DNA from: Candidatus Latescibacterota bacterium
GTDB lineage: Bacteria; Latescibacterota; UBA2968
Reading direction: 5' to 3'
Assembly: GCA_038279365.1 (NCBI GenBank)
Contig: JAYODI010000042.1
Span: 34,903-46,704, forward strand
Length of the DNA: 11,802 nt
A model generated the notes under the pieces. That model was given only the letters and a program-made list of their open reading frames with translations, searched no databases and was not told the DNA's origin. Made by a program: the position numbers and the translations under genes. This document shows, piece by piece, positions 1 to 8,739 of this stretch; within the stretch, counting starts at the first letter, position 1; each line of letters opens with the position of its first letter.

Positions 1-1992
<1,992 letters not shown>

Positions 1993-1996
<4 letters not shown>

Positions 1997-3315
1997 TCCT
2001 ATATTTCTTAATCCAGCGGTGGGTAAAAAAACAAATAAAACTCCGGGTGATACTCGGAGTTTTATTTATTAGTGGCCTGCCAATACAAGCCCAGCAACAA
2101 ATGACAGCAGAATGGGTAGAAACCCGCCTTGGAGAACTGGGCAGTTCTCGAAAGTATATCGGACGGGTAGCCTATCAAGATTCTTTAGGATCTATACAAA
2201 TTGAAGCAGATTCCGCGATTGTAACGGGTTCTGAATATGTATTTGTATCCAATCTCAAATTTCAAGATTCGGTTCGGGTCATTCGGGCAAAGGAATTGCG
2301 TTTTAATGAAAAAGAACACGTTGCTCAATTTTTAGGTGATGTTTTTTTTCAGGATAAAAAAGGATCTTTGTCTGCATCAGAGATCGTTGTATGGCCCGAT
2401 TCTCAAAAAATAGAGGCCAAAGGTGGAAGTGTTTTTGATCTCACGTTAAGGTCCCAGCGCGTAAAAGCAGATCGACTTACTTATGATGGTCAACGCGATC
2501 ATGGTGTGGGTTTGGGAAATGTTGTGGCAACGGTTGTTGGTGACCAAGGAGATTCACTATGTATTCAAACTGATTCTTTGCATTTTGCATCTCAAGAAGA
2601 AAACTTTTCTTTTTGGGGCATATCCAAAATCCAACAATTGGGAATGGGTTTGTTTGCAACCCGAGGACGCTATCAAGGGGGAATATTGCAGGCCAGTGGT
2701 TCACCTGAAATTTATTGGTCGCGCTCATCACAAGCAGACTCGGTTTGGGCCAAAGCCGATTCTATTGATATGCGATTTAACGATCAAGAATTGCGTTCCT
2801 TCGCTTTGTTTTCGGGAACGGTTATAAAATTGAGTGCGTTACAACAGGGTTCTGTTCAAACCGTAAGAGGTGATTCTGCCAGAATAACACTCCAAAACAA
2901 AGATATTTTGTCTATGTGGGTGTTTGATAACACGAATCTTCACTTTGAAAAAGAAGATCAAACAATAACGTTGCGTGGCGATTCTGTGGCAGTTTGGTTT
3001 ACGGAAGGGAATTTGGACAGCCTTGAGGTTTATGGACCTGGAGATGGCAAGTATCAGGGCAAAGACGATGGCGTCAGTCAGGTATCTGGAGATAAAAAAA
3101 CATTGTGGTTTAAAAACAATGAGCTTGTAAAGATGATTATCGTAGGCAATGCATTTTGTCATTATGTTGCCAGAGGCGAAGAAGATGTGAACCGAGTAAA
3201 CTTTAGCGGCGACACTTTGGTTTTGGATTTTGCAAAAGGTGAATTGTCTCAAATAGATGTGGTTGGTCAAGTTAAAGGGGTCTATTTACAAAACAAAACG
3301 GAAAAGATGCCGTGA
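1993..3315 (+). CDS. lptA: Extended LptA/OstA-like periplasmic beta-jellyroll protein (440 aa)
   Basis: Signal-peptide-like N-terminus (…KLRVILGVLFISGLPIQA), about ten repeats of an x-x-[AG]-D-[ST]-x-x-x strand motif followed by G-N/D-V-type turns, position between lptC and lptB, GTGA overlaps with both neighbours. Confidence 0.75.
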
Positions 3316-4034
3316 CTTTAGATGCTAAAAATTTAGAAAAATTTTATGGAAAGCGCCGAGTTGTTAATGGCATCACATTGTGTGTGGAGGCTGGTGAGGT
3401 TGTGGGGTTGTTGGGCCCTAACGGTGCAGGAAAAACAACATCTTTTTTTATGATTGTTGGGGCAATTGCCCCAGATCGCGGTCAGGTGATGTTGGCAGAG
3501 AGAGATGTTACGCATTTGCCCATGTATAAACGCGCCCGAATGGGCATTGGTTATTTGTCTCAAGAACCTACTGTATTTCGAAAATTAAGCGTATGGGACA
3601 ATGTGATGGCGGTTTTGGAGCATATTGAAAAAGATCGCACAAAAAGGGTTCAGAAAGTTGAAAGGGCTTTGGATGATCTGGGGCTTGGTCATGTGCAAAA
3701 ACAACGAGCCGAAAGTCTTTCTGGTGGGGAAACGCGTCGATTGGAAATTGCTCGTGCATTGGTCCAAAATCCAAAATTTATGTTATTGGATGAACCATTT
3801 GCAGGTATTGATCCCAAAGCAGTCGAAGATATACAGGGTATTATCATGCAATTAAAGGCACGTGGCATCGGGGTTTTGATTACAGATCATAATGTGAGGG
3901 AGACACTAAGCATTACAGATCGATCTTATATTTTGTCAGATGGGCAGATATTGGTTGCCGGTACACCTCAAGAATTGGCGGAAAATGCAGAAGCCCGCCG
4001 AATTTACTTAGGGGACCGTTTCCGATTGGACTAA
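3312..4034 (+). CDS. lptB: LPS export ABC transporter ATP-binding protein LptB
   Basis: Walker A GPNGAGKT, Q-loop YLSQEPTVFRKL, signature LSGGE, Walker B LLDEPFAGIDP, H-loop ITDHNVRETL, C-terminal YLGDRFRL; 240 aa. Confidence 0.97.
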   Translation: MTLDAKNLEKFYGKRRVVNGITLCVEAGEVVGLLGPNGAGKTTSFFMIVGAIAPDRGQVMLAERDVTHLPMYKRARMGIGYLSQEPTVFRKLSVWDNVMAVLEHIEKDRTKRVQKVERALDDLGLGHVQKQRAESLSGGETRRLEIARALVQNPKFMLLDEPFAGIDPKAVEDIQGIIMQLKARGIGVLITDHNVRETLSITDRSYILSDGQILVAGTPQELAENAEARRIYLGDRFRLD

Positions 4035-4053
4035 CCAGCAGGTAAAAAAGGTA

Positions 4054-4080
4054 TTTACATTGGGTGCGGTTTGTTATTAT
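4054..4080 (+). promoter_or_regulatory. Possible sigma-70-type internal promoter for rpoN
   Basis: TTTACA (4054-4059) and extended -10-like TGnTATTAT (4072-4080) in the 104-bp lptB-rpoN gap; the 15-bp spacer is non-optimal, so the call is tentative. Confidence 0.3.
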
Positions 4081-4138
4081 CTTTATCTGTGCATCGTTGG
4101 AACAGTTTTTGATGTATCCCTTCTCACTGAGTGGTCTT

Positions 4139-5644
4139 ATGATTCGTCTTCAACACACACAAACGACTTCCCTACAACAAAAGTTGGCGCCCCAACTGAT
4201 TCAGTCATTGCGTCTGTTACAGATGCCAACGCTGGAGTTGGAACAACTGATCCAACAAGAATTAGAAATGAATCCATTGTTGGAAATAGACGAAGATCAA
4301 AACCAAGACTTAGAAGAGGCAGAAGCACCAGAACCTGAATCTGAAGTAAATATTGAAGCAGAAGCCGATGTGAAGGAGCAGGAAGAGGCTGAACCTGATG
4401 TTGAAGATAATGAGCGTTTGGATGAATTGGAATTTGAAAATGCCGATATGGACAACAAAGACCAATTTGACGAAGATGATTGGGATCTTTATCTCAATGA
4501 GTCTGGGTATAGCAGTCCAAGAGAAGAATTTGACCCCAATGTTGAAGATTGGACCCATGATGGGGCCAGTTTGAGATCTTTGGAAGATCTGTTGCATGAA
4601 CAACTTTTGCTTACCGGTTTGAGTCATAATGACAAAGAAATTGCCGATTATTTGATAGGTAATATTGATGAAGATGGGTTTTTATGTACCCAAACCTTTG
4701 AAGTTGCAGATATCTTGGGTGTTGATGAAGCCGATGTTGAACGCGTTTTGGCTGTGATCCAGACCTTAGAACCACCCGGTGTGGGGGCGCGTAATTTACA
4801 AGAGTGTTTGCTTATTCAATTAAAAGAGCAAGGTTTTACCAGTGGTATGGTTGTCGAAATTGTGCGTGATCATTTAGATGACTGGATCAATCGTCGCCAT
4901 AGCAAAATTATGCGTGCGTTGGGTGTGGATCTTGACGACTTACGTGAGGCAGAACTTGTTATTGCAGCGCTCAATCCCAAGCCAAATGTCGAATTAGAGC
5001 CCACCGTAAACCTAAATCATGTCATACCAGATTTGGAAGTTCAAGCTGTTGGTGATGAATTTGTGGTTTCCTTAACGGATCGAAACGTTCCTGCTTTACG
5101 TGTTAGCCCTATTTATAGATCTGTTTTGAGTCAGTCCGAGCGGGAAGGGCGCGATGCAAAAAAGTTTGTGGTTGATCGCCTCAATTCGGCAAGGTGGTTT
5201 ATTAGTGCCATTCATCAGCGGCGCGCAACCATGTTGAAGGTCATGCGGTGCATTGTTGAAAACCAAAGGGTCTTTTTTGAAAAAGGCGCGGGTAATTTGC
5301 GCCCAATGGTTTTGCAAGAGGTAGCAGATAAGGTTGGCATGCATGTGTCAACGATTAGCCGTGTGAGCAATGGAAAGTATGTTCAAACGCCACATGGGGT
5401 GTTTGAGCTGAAATATTTTTTTGACGGTGGGCTTAGTCGTGATGATGGCGATGATATTTCAGCACGCAGTGTCAAAGAAAAAATAGCCAAACTCATTCAG
5501 GAAGAAGATACAAAAAGCCCTTTAAGTGATCAGCGCATTGCCGATATTTTGAAGGATGATGGAATTGATATTGCACGTCGAACAGTTGCAAAGTATAGAG
5601 ATCAGCTAAAGATTAATCCTGCCAGGCATCGAAAAGTGATTTAA
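4139..5644 (+). CDS. rpoN: RNA polymerase sigma-54 factor
   Basis: Region I Gln/Leu-rich MIRLQHTQTTSLQQKLAPQLIQSLRLLQMPTLEL…NPLLE begins at ATG 4139 (preferred over GTG 4064). Acidic region II, EPPGVGARNLQECL, HTH MHVSTISRV, PLSDQ and RpoN box ARRTVAKYR. Confidence 0.98.
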   Translation: MIRLQHTQTTSLQQKLAPQLIQSLRLLQMPTLELEQLIQQELEMNPLLEIDEDQNQDLEEAEAPEPESEVNIEAEADVKEQEEAEPDVEDNERLDELEFENADMDNKDQFDEDDWDLYLNESGYSSPREEFDPNVEDWTHDGASLRSLEDLLHEQLLLTGLSHNDKEIADYLIGNIDEDGFLCTQTFEVADILGVDEADVERVLAVIQTLEPPGVGARNLQECLLIQLKEQGFTSGMVVEIVRDHLDDWINRRHSKIMRALGVDLDDLREAELVIAALNPKPNVELEPTVNLNHVIPDLEVQAVGDEFVVSLTDRNVPALRVSPIYRSVLSQSEREGRDAKKFVVDRLNSARWFISAIHQRRATMLKVMRCIVENQRVFFEKGAGNLRPMVLQEVADKVGMHVSTISRVSNGKYVQTPHGVFELKYFFDGGLSRDDGDDISARSVKEKIAKLIQEEDTKSPLSDQRIADILKDDGIDIARRTVAKYRDQLKINPARHRKVI

Positions 5645-5681
5645 GTTAACTCTGTTGCGGATTTGACCTGAGGTGATTGTT

Positions 5682-5996
5682 ATGGAGTTTGTATTTATTG
5701 GTTTGGCTTTGGGGTGTGGTGCATTTTTGTTTCGGATCGTATCCGAATACATGAGTGAAACCCCTATTTGGCAGACTAAAATTGAGCAAGCCGAAGAAGA
5801 ACGCTTGCAATATGAGGCGCAAGTAGAGTCTTTGATGGCCTCTAAAGATGATTCTGCCGCACAGGCCAAAACGATGGATCAAGAAATAAAGACGTTGGAG
5901 CAAATGCGAGACGAACTCAAATCTCAAGTTGAAACGACAAAAAAAGAGATGGCCCGTCAGGGAAAAATAATCATGAAAAGGCAATCCTCGGAGTGA
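5682..5996 (+). CDS. Hypothetical small protein, N-terminal transmembrane helix plus coiled coil (104 aa)
   Basis: SD-like GAGGTG (5670-5675) 6 nt before ATG 5682; hydrophobic N-terminus FVFIGLALGCGAFLF; E/Q/K-rich heptad-like remainder; stop overlaps the next start (GTGA). Confidence 0.8.
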   Translation: MEFVFIGLALGCGAFLFRIVSEYMSETPIWQTKIEQAEEERLQYEAQVESLMASKDDSAAQAKTMDQEIKTLEQMRDELKSQVETTKKEMARQGKIIMKRQSSE

Positions 5997-6874
5997 CTTT
6001 GATGATCAAGTGGTATTTTTTGACAGCAGCTGGGTTCGTCCTGGCTGTTTTTTTGATGGGGTGTGGCCAGCCTTCTTATAGGCTAAATGGAGTGACGCAA
6101 CTTCAACAGGTTGCACTATTGGACAGCACAACCCAAGTTTCAATAGATTCTGTGCGTGTAGAATTTAAGCACCTAATGGATTTTTTGAAAAAAAGTGAAA
6201 TTGCTGCGATAGATTCTGTTTCAAAGAGTGCGTCTGAGTTGGGGCCAACAATACAAAAAGCGCAGCAAGCACTGCGTTTGGCAAATGAAAAATATGCAAG
6301 GGCATTTGAACAAATGCATCGCTTTCGATCATTTGGGGGAAATCCCGTCTTTTCAAGTGAAGATGTGGGTGTGAGCACGCAAAAACTGCTAAATGAAATT
6401 CCAGGACGATTTTACAAAGGGCGGGCATTTTCACTCGAAACAGAGGGGCAAATTCGGCGTTTTGTTAAAGCGGAATTGGTGCCAATAGAAGCCGAAGTCA
6501 ATCAGGCAGAGGCGCGGGTGAGACGGCTAAGAAGTGCCAAAACGGGGCGATCAAAAGCCAAGGAAGAGATGGCAAAGCAATTTACGGAAAAGAGAAGGCG
6601 TGTTACGGAGGCCGCAACCGAAGATATTAGAAAAGTTATTCAACAACATCGGTTGCGGGTTGCCAATGTAGATACCTCTGGGCAGTATGTTTTTATCAAT
6701 GTTGGTCAAGGTAAGTATTATTTGGCTGGCGGAGATCTTGATTCTACAGATTATGTGGTTCAGGTGATGGTCTCATCTCACGTTCACCAAAATATTTCAG
6801 CTAATGTTGGCAGTCCTATAGGGATATTAGATGGGGCAGATACGACAAACTCAGATGAAGGTAATGGCATTTAA
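5993..6874 (+). CDS. Hypothetical lipoprotein with long helical region and C-terminal beta-sandwich (carboxypeptidase-regulatory/Cna-B-like) motif
   Basis: Lipoprotein signal KWYFLTAAGFVLAVFLMG-C (Cys codon 6062-6064); A/E/K/R/Q-rich helical middle; C-terminal VDTSGQYVFINVGQGKYYL motif. Start is GTG 5993 or ATG 6002. Confidence 0.78.
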   Translation: MTLMIKWYFLTAAGFVLAVFLMGCGQPSYRLNGVTQLQQVALLDSTTQVSIDSVRVEFKHLMDFLKKSEIAAIDSVSKSASELGPTIQKAQQALRLANEKYARAFEQMHRFRSFGGNPVFSSEDVGVSTQKLLNEIPGRFYKGRAFSLETEGQIRRFVKAELVPIEAEVNQAEARVRRLRSAKTGRSKAKEEMAKQFTEKRRRVTEAATEDIRKVIQQHRLRVANVDTSGQYVFINVGQGKYYLAGGDLDSTDYVVQVMVSSHVHQNISANVGSPIGILDGADTTNSDEGNGI

Positions 6875-7650
6875 TGGTCTGTTTGGTGTGTACTGATTTC
6901 ATCTTCTGAGATTTTATGAACGCTTTTGGGGTTAAATGTTTGTCGTGTGTTCATTCGCAAGGCCACTTCGATTCGCCCGCCTGTAAGTACAAAAAACTGC
7001 ATCAAAATACCCCCGCCTTGCATCGTTTCTACCTGATAGGTATTTTTATTTAATCCCGATAATGCATTTGATAGCATGTCATCACCCCTTGGGTCTTTTA
7101 GTACGGATTCGGGCAAGGCCATGATGAGGGTTCCTGGGGTATTATTGATCGCTTTGCCAATTTTTTCGCGTATGTCAATCATGTAATGGATGGCTTTTTG
7201 GGTCTGCTCAAATTCATGATTTGCTGTATCTTTGGGTGGGGTGATGCCCCAAGTTAAGTGGTGGATAAATGGGTTTCCATATCCTTGACTGAGCATTTCG
7301 TTTCGTGCATCACTGTCTACAGGATGAACGACAGCAACATACCGGAACCACCCTTTTTGGAGGGCTGGGTGATTTGCTGGCAACCCAGAAGGGACATTAA
7401 TGTAGTCTTGCCCATCAACGGGCGATGGGTAACATTTGGTGTCCCAACCTGCAATATATCCCATTTTTTTTAACGGACCAGAGACCAAGTGAGGTGGGTC
7501 TGTAAAAATGGCCGCGTGATCCATTTGGGGGTAAAGCGATACACCCGCCGCAAGGATCTTCTGTGCCACATCTTTTGCTTCATTAAGTCTTTGTGTGGCA
7601 TTGTCAATTTTGAGTACATCTGAAAAATTTTCGGGCAATAAAACTTCCAT
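6871..7650 (-). CDS. Hypothetical protein, probable VOC-superfamily metalloenzyme (HPPD C-domain/DUF1338-like), 259 aa
   Basis: Strong SD AAGGAGA just upstream of ATG at 7650 (preferred over the 7755 start). Motifs MDHAAI, GNPFIHHLTW, GILMQFF and RIEVALR…TF match the order of metal-ligand motifs in HPPD-like VOC enzymes. Confidence 0.7.
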   Translation of the reverse strand: MEVLLPENFSDVLKIDNATQRLNEAKDVAQKILAAGVSLYPQMDHAAIFTDPPHLVSGPLKKMGYIAGWDTKCYPSPVDGQDYINVPSGLPANHPALQKGWFRYVAVVHPVDSDARNEMLSQGYGNPFIHHLTWGITPPKDTANHEFEQTQKAIHYMIDIREKIGKAINNTPGTLIMALPESVLKDPRGDDMLSNALSGLNKNTYQVETMQGGGILMQFFVLTGGRIEVALRMNTRQTFNPKSVHKISEDEISTHQTDH

Positions 7651-7862
7651 ACGATCTCCTTGTTGATGGGCATATGTCCACACAAGAAATGCCTTTCGAA
7701 TCCCAACGTCAAGCCAAAAAAAACACAGATTATTTTGAAGTTGGCAAAAATGCAATTCGTGGGTTAATTACAAGTTCATAATTCTAAGAAATTTAAAACC
7801 AATGACTTTGGTCTCGTCAATGGATATCAGAAAAAAAGATTACGTTTTTCTGGTAAACAAGA

Positions 7863-7879
7863 TCAAAGTGTCACTTTGA
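7863..7879. promoter_or_regulatory. Perfect 17-bp palindrome, candidate operator
   Basis: TCAAAGTG-T-CACTTTGA, 8-bp arms with a 1-nt centre, ending 9 nt before the TTG start at 7889. Confidence 0.45.
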
Positions 7880-7888
7880 AAAGAAACT

Positions 7889-8521
7889 TTGGCTACTGCA
7901 AAACGCGTTTTGGTTATTGATGACGAAGAGACGGTCGCAAAGCCCATTGAGCATATTCTTAGGTTGTACAATTACGATGTACGCATGACAACCCAATGGA
8001 CAGATGCTCTGGACTTACTCCAAGATGAAACATTTGATTTGATTACCCTTGATCTTGAGATGCCCACAATTGATGGGCCGACAATGTTGCGTTTTATTCG
8101 TGAAAATGGTCTTGAAACACCCGTTATCATTATTTCAGCCAGTATTACAGAACGCACCCCTCAAGATCTTGCGGAATTTAATGTATCGGCTTTTGTTTAT
8201 AAGCCATTTAAAGTATCTCATATCAAAGAAATTATTGAACAAACCATAGGCGAAAGCGTTCCCAATGAAGAGGAACACGCTGTTGACTTAGATGAATTTC
8301 TTCAAAGTTCACCTCAGGTATTGGCACCAAGAAAAAAAGAGGGTATTGAAGAAGAAAAACCACGTCTACATCGTGTAAAAAAGAAGCGCAAAAAGAAATT
8401 GTTTTCTTCTAAAGAGCAAAAAACACAGACGCTTATTGCTTTTGCGATCATTGCAATTATCAGTTTGTTTCTCAGTGGATTTATGTCGGCATTTCGACAA
8501 CAAGTGAGCAGTATGTTTTAA
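7889..8521 (+). CDS. Response regulator receiver-domain protein with C-terminal transmembrane helix
   Basis: REC residues intact: D11/D12, phosphoacceptor D55 (LITLDLEMP), S83, K105-P106. Then a charged linker, polybasic RVKKKRKKK and hydrophobic LIAFAIIAIISLFLSGFMSAF. TTG start is forced by an in-frame TGA at 7877-7879. Confidence 0.9.
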   Translation: MATAKRVLVIDDEETVAKPIEHILRLYNYDVRMTTQWTDALDLLQDETFDLITLDLEMPTIDGPTMLRFIRENGLETPVIIISASITERTPQDLAEFNVSAFVYKPFKVSHIKEIIEQTIGESVPNEEEHAVDLDEFLQSSPQVLAPRKKEGIEEEKPRLHRVKKKRKKKLFSSKEQKTQTLIAFAIIAIISLFLSGFMSAFRQQVSSMF

Positions 8522-8536
8522 TTGAAATACCTTTTC

Positions 8537-8574
8537 AAAAAAACCTCCGGTCTTATAGATCGGAGGTTTTTTTT
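8537..8574 (+). terminator. Rho-independent terminator, potentially bidirectional
   Basis: A7-CCTCCGGTCT-TAT-AGATCGGAGG-T8: 10-bp stem with one G-U pair, U-tracts on both strands, 15 nt after the response regulator stop. Confidence 0.92.
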
Positions 8575-8614
8575 GTGTTAAATGTGAACGGCAGATAAGC
8601 CTTATTGAACAATG

Positions 8615-8631
8615 TGTGCCATTTTTTTACA
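8615..8631. promoter_or_regulatory. Candidate upstream activator sequence for a sigma-54 enhancer-binding protein
   Basis: TGT-GCCATTTTTTT-ACA (TGT-N11-ACA, T-rich core) about 100 bp upstream of the predicted sigma-54 start site. Confidence 0.35.
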
Positions 8632-8698
8632 ATCATTCAATAATCAAAACGAATCATTAGTACTTGTTAATTATTGCTTTATGAAAAAAAATCGATAT

Positions 8699-8714
8699 TG
8701 GCACCTGTCTTGCA
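8699..8714 (+). promoter_or_regulatory. Sigma-54 (-24/-12) promoter
   Basis: TGGCAC-CTGTC-TTGCA is an exact match to TGGCAC-N5-TTGCW, with GG at 8700-8701 and GC at 8712-8713. Intergenic, correctly oriented, 25 nt before ATG 8740. Confidence 0.88.
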
Positions 8715-8739
8715 TTAACAAAGTGAAAAAGGACAGGCA

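Noticed and set aside
2839-3270. 143-aa antisense ORF and other short overlapping ORFs in the track (e.g. 2483-2827, 4310-4627, 5646-5984, 11408-11761)
   Set aside because: They lie within well-supported genes on another frame or strand, with no recognisable motifs; consistent with shadow ORFs.
3717-3740. LptB signature LSGGETRR instead of LSGGERRR
   Set aside because: Single substitution at the first Arg; all catalytic motifs and the following two Arg are retained, so probably ordinary variation.
4064-4138. N-terminal extension of RpoN from GTG 4064
   Set aside because: Sigma-54 region I homology starts at ATG 4139; the extension has no recognisable similarity and overlaps a possible promoter.
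4285-4560. Very acidic, repetitive GAA/GAT-rich stretch in rpoN as a repeat element
   Set aside because: This is the normal variable acidic region II of sigma-54; no exact tandem repeat.
7741-7755. TTGGCAAAAATGCAA as a second sigma-54 promoter
   Set aside because: GG and GC are 3 bp too close; sigma-54 spacing is strict.
7651-7755. 35-aa N-terminal extension of the minus-strand ORF
   Set aside because: A strong SD lies directly before ATG 7650; the extension looks like AT-rich intergenic sequence.
8606-8621. Minus-strand TGGCAC as a divergent sigma-54 promoter
   Set aside because: Followed by ACATT-GTTCA with no TTGC at -12, and it points into a terminator; better explained as part of the candidate UAS.
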